64,000 nucleotides of DNA from Raillietiella orientalis (Eukaryota), in contig JAYWIR010000033.1 of assembly GCA_036172245.1 (NCBI GenBank), forward strand, positions 124,001 through 188,000. The letters are read 5' to 3'. Shown here piece after piece: positions 12,635-23,021 of this stretch. Numbering within the stretch: the first letter of the stretch is position 1; the number at the start of each line of letters is the position of its first letter. The translations under genes and the position numbers were made by a program. The notes beneath the pieces are model-generated. The model made no database searches, was not told where the DNA came from, and saw only the letters and a program-made list of their open reading frames with translations.

Positions 12635-12693
12635 AGTAAAAGTATCCATCATTGATAAATTTAAAATTTACCGCTTTACTCAGCCATTTTACC
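12635..12693 (-). tRNA. trnY: NUMT tRNA-Tyr with mutated anticodon
   Basis: 'ccgctttactcagccattttacc' is the characteristic reverse-complement trnY 5' end. The anticodon position reads taa instead of tac. Confidence 0.7.
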
Positions 12694-12704
12694 ACCACCA
12701 CTCA

Positions 12705-12770
12705 TTTAACATTACAAGTTAAATAAAACTACTAACCTTCAAAGTTAAAAATATAAAATCTTATGAACAT
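12705..12770 (+). tRNA. trnW: NUMT tRNA-Trp(TCA)
   Basis: 'aagttaaataaaactactaaccttcaaagtta' gives a D-arm and the anticodon arm taac-ctTCAaa-gtta. Confidence 0.75.
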
Positions 12771-12771
12771 A

Positions 12772-14287
12772 ATTCAACAATGACTCATATCTACCAACCA
12801 CAAAGACATCCTAACCTCATACTTCATTTTTAGAGCCTGAGCTGGCATCCTAGGTACCTCTCACAGACTCATCATCCGAATTGAACTCTGACAACCAGGC
12901 CCCACAATCCACAACAACGAACTTTACAACAGCATCATTACCACACACGCCCTAACTATAATCTTCTTCTTAGTTATACCTGCCATAATAGGAGGATTTG
13001 GAAATTGACACAATCCTCTAACACTTGGAGCCCCAGACATAGCATTCCCACGACTCAATAATTTCCAGTTTTGACTATTACCGCCAGCCTTCTGTATACT
13101 ACTCCTTAGAATCTTATATTCAAAAGGACCAAGAGCAGGATGAACCCTATATCCCCCCCTTACCAGAACCCCTTTTACACCATCCATAAGAATTGATCTA
13201 ACCATCTTCTCTCTCCATTTAGCTGGAATCTCATCCATCCTAAGAGCCATTAACTTTACTACCACCATTATCAAAATGACATTCAAGCATATATCTTACA
13301 CAAATACCCCCTCTCCCATGATCAATCCTTATTACTGTACTAATCCTAGCACTTCCTGTTCTAGCAGGAGCCATCACCATACCTCTGTTCGACCGAAACT
13401 TTAACTCATCTTTCTTTGATCCAGTAGGAGGCGGAGACCCCATCCTTTTTCAACATCTATTTTGATTCTTCGGCCACACAGTAGTTTACATCCTAATTCT
13501 ACCAGGATTCGGGATTACATTCCACATCATCCTCTTCAACAGAGGAAAAGAAGAAATCTTTGGTACATTAAGAGTAATTTATGCCATAGCCGCCATCGCC
13601 CTTCTAGGATTCATAGTATGAGCCCACCACATATTCACAGTAGGATTAAACATCCATACGAGCTTACTTCACCTCAGCCACCATAATCGTCGCTATCAAC
13701 AGCAATTGAAATTTTCAGATGACTAGGAACCCAATCAGGGTCAACTCTATCACACAATATCCCTCTATTCTGGATCTTAGCATTCATCTTCTTATTCACC
13801 ATCGGAGGACTAACCGGAATAACCCAAGCCAACTGCTCCATCGATACCTCCCTACACGACACATACTACGTCGTAGCTCACTTCCACTACGTTCTCTCCA
13901 CAGGAGCCGTATTCACAATTATCGCGGCATTCATCCGCTCATATCCAATAATAACAGGACTATCACTAAATTACCCCCTACTAAACATGCAATTCATCCT
14001 AATATTCATCGGAGTAAATATAACATTCTATCCACATGACTTCCTGGGACTATCAGGCATACCAAGACGCTATTCTGATTATCCAGACATTTTTAGCTCA
14101 TGAAACCTAATATCCTCAATCGGCTCACTCATCTCTTTCATGTCTACCCCATTATTAATATTCATCATCGTCGAAAGATTTATTAACAAACAACCAACAA
14201 TTACACCCCTTTCATCATCTCACTCGCTAGAATGATCTCACAGTAACCCATCCACAATTCATTCATTCCTATAACTACCATCCATAT
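12772..14287 (+). pseudogene. cox1: NUMT cox1 pseudogene
   Basis: [60 protein letters not shown] and PSRYSDYPD. Has frameshifts and lost conserved residues (KDIG>KDIL). Confidence 0.97.
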
Positions 14288-14350
14288 TCTGATATGGCAG
14301 AATTAATGCAATGGACTTAAAATCCATCAATCCTACTTAGGAGTAAAACC
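14288..14350 (+). tRNA. trnL2: NUMT tRNA-Leu(TAA) directly after cox1
   Basis: tctgatatggcagaattaatgca start and anticodon arm atgga-ctTAAaa-tccat; the 3' acceptor strand pairs poorly. Confidence 0.8.
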
Positions 14351-14899
14351 AAATTCCAAAAATTGTACTCCACCATCAAAAGACTCTCAAACTCGCTACC
14401 TTCCTTAACACCCCTAATACACACATTTCCATCCCTATCCATCCTTTTTGTAATAAACACCAACTACCTAACTTATCCAGTTATTAAATCGACCATTAAC
14501 CAATGACTAAAATCATGAAAACATACAATCTACAAAACTTTCAAACTGAAATCCAAGTCCAAGTCCACCATACCCATTAAAGAACCCTATGACCATTTAC
14601 AATTACCATCACCCCATACAACCATGCTCAACTGAAAATGACCCCACTTTCCAATCCATCAGTAAATAAAATTAACTCAATCGATTGACCCACCAATATC
14701 TCCTTCCATGCGACAAATTACATAATAACCCATACTACAACACATAACATACAAAAACACCCTCAAACACCATTAAAATGCTCCAATAATACACTATGGG
14801 AAACTAACGCAAACGGCACATCACTAATACACAATTCGTTCCAAATAAACATATTAAAATAGCAAATACAATGCACTGGATTTCAAATACATCAACAAC

Positions 14900-15550
14900 A
14901 TTTAGCGTTAGCACCTCTCATATTTCAAAACTCGTACTCCCCCCTCACAGAACATTTCATCCTACTACACCATTACATCATAATCACTCGAATCATCAAC
15001 TGTTTAATAATCCTATATAATACCTTCATCTACCTCTATAACTCCTACACAAACTTCATACTGCTCAAAAACCACCTTATAGAACTTGTCTGCACCTCCC
15101 TGCCCTCACTCATCCTCCAACTGATCATACTTCCCTCCTTACACATCCTCTACCTCCTAGATACTAGCTACTTACCCTCCATAGCTATTAAATCAATTGC
15201 TATCCAACGATTCTGAACATACGGATATTCAACTTTCAAGAAAACCAAATTCGATTCCTTCATAGTACCAGACAGGATTCTTAGACAACGACAAACTTCT
15301 ACCTTATAACACCATAATTCACATAATCATCACATGATCAGACGTTCTTCACTCGTGACCCATCCCATCCTGAGGAATTAAAATCGACGCCATCCCCGGA
15401 CGACTTAATCAACAAGCCATCTTCCTAGATAAACCTGGCGTATCATTTGGACAATGCTCCGAAATTTGCGGCATCAATCACAGATTTATACCAATCCAAC
15501 TCAACTCAGTGAGACTAAAAGATTTCATTCATACAATAACAGAAAATTAG
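14900..15550 (+). pseudogene. cox2: NUMT cox2 pseudogene
   Basis: [28 protein letters not shown] and the CuA motif [16 protein letters not shown]. Confidence 0.95.
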
Positions 15551-15611
15551 AATTTTAGATAAAAAAAAAACAATAACCTGGCAGCTTATAATTGGTAAAA
15601 CAAATTTTAGA
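15549..15611 (+). tRNA. Possible degenerate tRNA-Asp
   Basis: Sits between cox2 and atp8; arm ataa-cctggcagc-ttat has ggc where gtc is expected. Confidence 0.35.
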
Positions 15612-15622
15612 ACTTTATTTCA

Positions 15623-15769
15623 ACACCACACTTAACACCAATATACTGACTCCCTCTATGCATCTTCTTCACAACCCTAACCGCAAGCATAACTCTATTT
15701 ATCCCCCTCCACATCGCACCATCACCATCACACAAAAACCATAAAATAAATACCAAAGGATCATGATAC
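15623..15769 (+). pseudogene. atp8: NUMT atp8 pseudogene
   Basis: PHLTPMYW start (cf. MPQMAP..W); expected length and overlap with the atp6 ATGATA start. Confidence 0.7.
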
Positions 15770-16396
15770 ATTCTATCTTCACCCCCTTACACCCCTGCAC
15801 CATAACCCCACCATATTTCATCACTACCTCAATCACTATCATCCTAATCCTTTCTTACCCCATATGAATAATACCAACAATTTCGAGACTCTCCATCGCT
15901 GGTCCAATAACGCTACTGGCAAAAACCATCAACAATAACCCACACTACCAAACCACTACATCAATTAAAAGATTCATTACATAGCAATACCATTACTCTC
16001 ATAAAACTATAAGGGCACACACCCCTTATACAAGCCCTCATTCCTTAACTTATTGCTATCAACATTCCTTGCCATCCCACTATGAACCGCCAGACAACTA
16101 TTTTCCATTTTCAACAATCACTCGAACTTCCTAACCCATCTTATCCACAAATGAACTCCCCTTTCACTCTCCCCATTCATTCCATTATTAGAAACCATAA
16201 GACTGATAATACAACCCATATCCTTATCGCTACGACTAACAGCCAACATTACCCCCGGACACATCCTTATTATTATACTATCCAACAAACTCTAAACCTC
16301 GTCCCATCCAGACCTATTATAATACTAGAAATTACTAGAGCTTTCATGCAAGCTTACATCTTTATTACACTAACATCACTATACACAAACAAATAA
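15763..16396 (+). pseudogene. atp6: NUMT atp6 pseudogene
   Basis: MMHSIF start, LETMSLMMQPMSLSLRLTANITPGH, and QAYIFITLTSLY near the end. Confidence 0.92.
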
Positions 16397-17173
16397 CTAC
16401 AATAACAAATCACCAACCCTTCTTCATCCACCAATACAGCCCCTTACCCTTTCTCATCTCCCTATCACTCCCATCAATAACCCTCTCCCTCACATGGCTT
16501 ATGCACAAAATATACTCACCCATTACCCTATGCATTACAACCACAATCTTAAACAGATTCCTCTGCGGAAAAGACATGAAGCGAGAATCCTCATTCATGG
16601 GTATTCTCCCAAGAAAAATAATAAAAACACTGAAATTTGCCATAATCATATTTATTATCTCAGAAATTTTTTCATTCATATCATTCTTTTGGTCATTCTT
16701 CCATTCTGGATTAATATACAATCCACAATTTTGATTTTCCTGACCTCCAACTAATCTTACACTACCTCCGTTATAGAAGTACCACTATTTAATCCTATTC
16801 TTTTATTAAGATCCTGCATTTCAATAACATCAACACATCACTCCCTCCTAAATAAAAATTACTCCATCTCACTTTTCTCTCTACTTATTACTATTGCAAT
16901 CGGATCAGCATTCCTCAGAACTCAAGCCATAGAATATTTCACACAAGTTCTCTATTGCAGATTCCATTATTGGCTCTGCATTTTTTATTGCACCAGGATT
17001 CCACGGCTTACACGTATTTGCTGGCCTCATTTTCCTCGCCTTATCTATAAGCCAAATCTTTTCGCTTTCCATTACTCACCTCCATCACCTATCATTTGAA
17101 TTCCCCATTTGGTATTGACATTTCGTAGATATCGTGTGACTCTTCCTATTTTTATTTATATACTTATGAACAT
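16396..17173 (+). pseudogene. cox3: NUMT cox3 pseudogene
   Basis: IFIISEIFSFISFFWSFFHS, GFHGLHV and WYWHFVDIVWLFLF. Confidence 0.95.
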
Positions 17174-17228
17174 ATTCTTTTAGTATATACAGTAGAACAA
17201 ACTTCCAATTGTTAAGAAATAAAGAGTA
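17174..17228 (+). tRNA. trnG: NUMT tRNA-Gly(TCC), lacking a T-arm
   Basis: Acceptor attcttt/aaagagt, anticodon arm aacaa-actTCCaa-ttgtt; follows cox3. Confidence 0.75.
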
Positions 17229-17237
17229 CTTCTTCTA

Positions 17238-17474
17238 GTGTATCGCACTAATCTCTAATATCCTTATTCTTACTACCCTACCAATACACAAAATCCCAAC
17301 CTTACCATCTTCTCACTATTACTTCAGATAAAAAATTCTCTTGTCATTTGTGCTATCCTCATTCTTCATCCTGACATGAGTAGGAATCCAAGCCATTACT
17401 TTATCCACTTGTCACCTCTTAGACAAATAGAATCACCCATCTACTTCCTATTCTTCATCATGTTCCCTCTCTAA
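17238..17474 (+). pseudogene. cob: NUMT cytochrome b, C-terminal fragment only
   Basis: IALISNILILTTLP...FILTWVG...GQ..IYFLFF matches the end of cytb (GVIAL..SI.IL..LP; LLTWIG; GQ...LYF). Confidence 0.7.
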
Positions 17475-17477
17475 TCC

Positions 17478-17536
17478 GGCATTATTAGTTTAATTAAAAC
17501 ATTGATTTTGTAAATTAAATAAATAAATTAATGGCA
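17478..17536 (+). tRNA. trnT: NUMT tRNA-Thr(TGT), lacking a T-arm
   Basis: tagtttaattaaaacattgatttTGTaaattaa, with acceptor ggcatta/taatggc. Confidence 0.7.
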
Positions 17537-17539
17537 ATA

Positions 17540-17800
17540 ATATACCGTCAAGAACTAATCCTTCGTACCCAAAATTTATTCTTTTTAAATAATTCTAACC
17601 ACCTCACCATACCATCCTCCCATTCCCACCATCACATTTCTAGCAGCTCCCATAATCAACCGTTCACACATATAACAACTGCACACACCTCTACCTTTCA
17701 CCAATCTCCCGTACGATTTTAATCTTAAAATTTTACATCTAACTGAACTTACAAACACAGTAATCAATATCTTATCATTAAAAATATCCATTGAACAACC
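17540..17800 (-). pseudogene. nad1: Probable nad1 remnant, heavily deleted
   Basis: Minus strand FWVRS...RY (cf. IWVRGT.PR.RYD) and VFVSSV.CKILS (cf. VAF.TL.ERK.L); expected position between cob and rrnL. Confidence 0.45.
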
Positions 17801-17899
17801 ATTAACACAGTCAATCTTCTAAACACTTTCAAATTCGTAGTCATCAACTACTATTCAACCCTACTCACTAAAATCAATATTTCCACAGAATCATCTACA

Positions 17900-18930
17900 T
17901 ATATGAAATCTATTCTTAAAAATGTTTTAATTTTTCAATATTCGTACTTAAAACATATTACAATTTGAAAATAAAAGCCAATTTAACTCACAACAGGCTA
18001 AACTCAAATCATAGACCTCTTCAATCAAACAAACTTACTGTAGCCTTATTCACCCTATCAACATTGAATTCGAGATCGAAATAAAAAATTTCATATCAAT
18101 TAAACTCCCCGTTATAATTAATTATCCCTTAAATAAATTTTTCTTTATTTTTAGAACGCTATTACTTCATATTAAATGATCATAAAATAAATTCCTCATT
18201 ATCCACCCTAGATAACATCCTATCGAAATTTGATTCCACCGCTACATTTTCAATCTATTCGTGACAACACTTGATTCCAAAAGTATTATCGCCCCTTAAA
18301 TTTATCATAGATTTTTCAGTATAAAATTAAATTCAAATACAAACAATAAAACAATCTTCGATGCAATTTCAACCTATCAATTAAATTATTACTATACTAC
18401 CTTAGTACAACCGATATACCACAACTCTTCATTACACCCCAGACAAATTATACCCTATCTCACCCATAAGAAAACATTGTAAGAAACAAATTTTTACTAA
18501 TTTCCTTATCACATTCCTACTCCACAATTTCATTTTACCCATCTTACCAATTCAGACGTCACTTCCCACAATGAGAACTATATTCCATTTTTATAATATT
18601 TTTACGATCCACACTAACCCAATATAAAACTTTACCTCAAACCTCATAATTGTACCGATTACATTTAAAAATAAGCCAAAATTATCCTAGATTTTAGCTC
18701 CTACCAATTCAAAATATGAATTTGTCAATATATCACCTCCAAATAAAACTTTACCGCATTTTATTACATACAAAAATCACTCTATTCAATTCGTCAACAT
18801 TCGAACATTAAATAGAAATTTCAATTCCAAATACAAAAATAATTTGCATTTATCATTAAGCAACAATTCTTTTCAATATTTTCATCTATGACCATAGAAT
18901 AAAAATTTTGAACTCCATACCCAAATTTCA
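17900..18930 (-). rRNA. rrnL: NUMT 16S rRNA pseudogene, copy 2
   Basis: Degenerate reverse-complement 16S motifs in the correct order: 'ctcacaacaggctaaactcaaatca', 'aattcgagatcga', 'acgctattac', 'tactatactacctt'. Confidence 0.8.
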
Positions 18931-21900
18931 CAAAATTCCAATGAATTACCAATATGAAATTAATTTTGACCTCAATTAGAAAAAATTACTCCCTTGCCAA
19001 GATACACCTTCCGGTACATCTACTATGTTGCGACTTATCAAATATTCATCAGAGCGACGGTCGATTTGTATTTAATGATTATCACATTCAATTTACCCTT
19101 ATTAAACAAATTTACAATTAATTCCTATTTCAATACAAAATTACATATGTATATCCAAACCAACCATATTGAAGTTCCCTAATTCCCTGATGGCGAACCG
19201 TTTCGCCACGGGCTGGAGGCAAGAAGTGACGATGGCGCCCTCTCCATACTCAACTCGAGCGGCTGCAGGCGGATGGGGCCGCTGAGAGGAGCCACGTGCT
19301 TAGCTCAAGGGTTTCGAAGATTCCCGCGAGGCGGCGGTGGTTCTGCTGGCGCCCAAGCCGAGCTTCAATTCCAGACTGCGTTTTTGAGCTCAGGGGCATT
19401 ACTAGCCGGGCGGGCACTGGCGGGCTTCTGGAGCAACGGAAAAACATCGTCTTCAAGAAGAAGAACGAACGGACAGGTAGCCACATTCCAACGTCAATCA
19501 GAGTTTCATGTTTACTCTCAATTCGTCCACTACCGCATCGTCTGAATCGAAATGGAAGCGAGGTGCAACGAGCACTCGTCCTGTCAACCGTCTCTCGCCA
19601 AACAAGCATCGCAATGACCATCCGGGAGAACACAAATGCGATACTGGAAAAGATTGGCAGAGGAAAGCATCGCAACTCTGTTCAAAAACATTGACCAGCT
19701 GACGTTTATTCAGCCACGGTGTAGTCGCGGAAGTCAGGCGCTACCAACATGCCCTGGAGCTTCAGCACTGACAACGACGGCAAGCGATGCACCTCGCTGC
19801 GTATCTACTCAGAAGGGAATTGGGTATGCACTTCTCCGCTTTCACCGCATCTGGAAGTGACCCTCGGGCTCCTGAGAAGAAAATTTCCGTCATGTTCGCA
19901 GGCTAGGATGGGATTCATCCCTACCCTCACCCGTCCACCGCATCCTAAATAAGTTCTGCCTCGTGCTCTGAACCAGAACACTTCCCTACACGTCTCGCGC
20001 AACGCAGACCACGCTACACTGCCAAACAGTGCCCGCGCAAACCTGTCCTTTTTTGCACGACCTTGCTTTCCCCGGCAAGGTCAACTAGCAGAAATCTCAG
20101 GGGGAAGTGTTTCGGTACATGCGCAGTGCAGTCAGCTCGCCTGCATGTGGCAGTGCTCACACCTCCTTGGACCCAAGTCGCAGATCCGAAAAGCGGAACA
20201 CTACTGCCACTCCTGTAACAGCATCGCGGAAGGGGTGAAGAAAGGGAGGCACGACCGCCGATCCCAATTTGCCTGCAAGAATTGCCTTTGCGGCACGCCG
20301 ATTGCGAAAATGGTCAAAAGCCTGTTTCTTCTGCAGCTCCATCCCCAAATCGCACTTTCCGCCTTCCTCTTCAGAGACCGTCCTTGCTTATGCAATCCGC
20401 TCCCCTTATCACGCCATTCGTCAGGTGTGCCCTACCTCTCTTGCGCTGGTCTTTTCCTGCACTCCGTCAGTTCCAGCTCACTATTCCCGAAGTCACACTC
20501 CTCGCGGCCAACACGCCCACCTTCCCACTTGCAACCTTGACTTCCCATCCCACGGCGAGCAGCTCAATCTTTTAGCAATATCCCTGCTCTTACAACTGCT
20601 TCCCAGAGCTATTCACAACCGCTCCAAAGGATGCCACTTTTTCTTCAAAAGTCTCCTCCTCGGACCACGCTACGCATCGCCGGACAATCATTAAATCGAA
20701 AGTCTCCTAAACACAACAACGAACTTCGACGTCGCTGTCTCAGCAACCTTCGATCACGGATGTCTCTTCACCCAGCATGCGGCCTCCACTTTCCACCCGA
20801 TCTCGTTTCCATGGTTTCCTTTGGTAAGGAAATTTTGCTTTCCAATTGCAAGGCAGCTAGCAGTTTCTTAGTGCAAAAGAGAGAAGATGACTTCGAAGGA
20901 CTGCGGCTTAGTTGCAAGAAGCGACGACTGCAAGATGGAAAGACCGTCCGACGAGGAGATTCCTTGGCGCGCATCGTCCCCTGGGGCGGAGGGGACGAGC
21001 GCGCATCGGGGACTGGATCTCGGGGAGATCACTTGGATCGACGAGGAAGAGGGCCACGTGCAGAACGATCCGTGCACCGACGTATCTGGAGAGGCCTGCG
21101 TCACGTTGTGCTCGGCCGGGCCGTCTTCCTGCACGTTGGCCATGAAGATGCCTTCGGTAACGGAAGAGGTCCACAAGATCGAAACCGATTTTCCTGAGTA
21201 TGCACCCGAGTCCGCGACCTTGCATTCCACTTCTGGGCAAGGTGAGAAGGTATATTTCCTGAATCCCATCTGCCCTCACTGTGGAGAAACGTGGCAGGAC
21301 CGGGACAGAATTAGGAAGCCGGGCGCCTTTGTGGTCCATTACGGACCCATCTGTCTCCTGGTGAGAGAACGTGTTCACACATCTGAGCACAAGCACGTGC
21401 AGGCAGGAGCATCGCACGCCGACGGCTCGCCGTCCTTGGCGGAGGACGTGCGCGCCACACGCGTCAGTGCTGGCCAGCAACCAAGCTGCTCCGGAACGGG
21501 GGCCGTGAGCAGCTTCAAGTCACGTGCCAGAGCGGATGCCAGCGCGGAATGCTCGCACCCTGTTGACAGCGCCCATCCTTACCGGAACGCCATGTCTATG
21601 ATCGGAAAATTTTTCCGTAGATTGCTCGTTTGCGTTGCTCCACGGCGTCGCCGTGAAAGATGAATTAATAAATTCCTGTTTCAAGTGGCTCAGTTCGAAT
21701 CTCCTGTTGGTGGGCTATACGGGTTTGGATTGGTTTGCTGGGGTGCGCGCGCAAGTCCCTGAACGTGCAACATCTCGCTAGCCGGCTGGCGCAACCTGCT
21801 TCCAGCGTGCTGTCGACGCCTGTGGCAATTCGACACATGCAACCTCTGCAGCGAAAGCAGCGCGGCATCCGTTGACGTATACGGTGTGGTTGGCATGAAC

Positions 21901-23021
21901 CATCCGGAGAAGGAGCCGACTCTTACAGCACACAGTTTGGAAAGCGAACCACTACTGCGACGTAGTGGACGCGTTTTCCCGTCAGCAGGACGAGATTTCC
22001 TTCTCGACACGGAGCGCACAAGTCCTTCAGGCTGATGAGTCCATAAAATCCATTCTCAGGCATTCCTAAGCCGGCCTTTTATTTCCACTATCTGGCGTGC
22101 GGACAACAAGCGGAAAGCGGAAGACTTGCGCACATACTTCATCCACACCGCGGCTTGTTTCGGCGACAGAAGCGTGCCATGCTCGATTCTGACGATCGCC
22201 GACGCTGTCTTCTGGTGGCAGCTGGACAACTTCTCTTCCGGGGAATAGTCCCTCTACGGTGCACCGAGCTACTTAAGATACTGAGACGCAAGCATGGAAA
22301 AGTGGATCCATTTCAGATATCCCGCCCACGCGATACCGAATGCAACCATGGACGGGTTCGCTTTGTTCGTCCTGTTCACCTCCATTGCAGTCCCTCAGCT
22401 CAATGGCTCGAAGAAATCTTCGTTCCCTGACAACGGTGTTGACATGGAGAGCACCAAAGGAAAATTGTCCGCGGATGCTGACACGGACGGTGCGATTCAG
22501 CATCATATCTCAAGCGAGCTAGGTTTCTTCAGCGGCTGAGCTACAATTCGTGGAAGGTGCTGAAGAGCAAGTGGTTCAGGCTGGCGACCAGCCGTATGCC
22601 GTCGCGCACCTCCACAGTGTTTACCTTTGGTCCTCTGAACGAAATGTTGGTTATTGCGCTGTCCCGGCAGATGTGCAGAAAGTGGCTTACGATTTCGTAA
22701 AGCGCTTGCGTACCGCAAGATGCAGAAGAGACTGCTGGTGGATGCAGTCGAATAAATGCGGATGCAAGGTTGGTAGCCTAGGTTTGTGTAGAGCGCCTGG
22801 GACGAGATTGAACCGCCTTCATCAGTACGATACAGACATATGCTATTTCCGGGCGAGGTATGGAGGCGAACCTGTTCCAAGCTTCCATCTGGCTAGACCT
22901 CTTAGAAGAAATAAAATTGGTGCTCAGGCAGAATTCTAGTGCGTGCGCCGGCAAATGCTCAGATGTCCAAATCAAGGAGGGCGCCCATGAAAGCACCGTC
23001 GACTTGCGGAAAGCAATCGAA
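18330..23021 (+). repeat. Segmental duplicate of 1-~4680 (offset ~18,329 bp)
   Basis: Identical or near-identical ORF translations (e.g. 915/19250, 2431/20768, 2531/20868) and the same rRNA-retroelement junction. Confidence 0.97.
18990..19172 (-). rRNA. rrnS: NUMT 12S rRNA 3' part, copy 2
   Basis: Near-identical to 660-838. Confidence 0.85.

Larger units (their letters stand above)
10965..19172. pseudogene. Large NUMT (~8.2 kb): degraded, internally deleted arthropod mitogenome copy
   Basis: Abrupt switch to A/C-rich, G-poor composition. Colinear nad2, cox1, cox2, atp8, atp6, cox3, cytb end, nad1 remnant, rrnL, rrnS and tRNAs. Frameshifts and lost invariant residues. Flanked by GC-rich nuclear repeats. 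Confidence 0.95.

Noticed and set aside
10965..19172. A functional mitochondrial genome or contaminating mtDNA contig
   Set aside because: Frameshifts, stops, lost invariant residues, mutated anticodons, large deletions and duplicated junctions with nuclear retroelements all indicate a NUMT.
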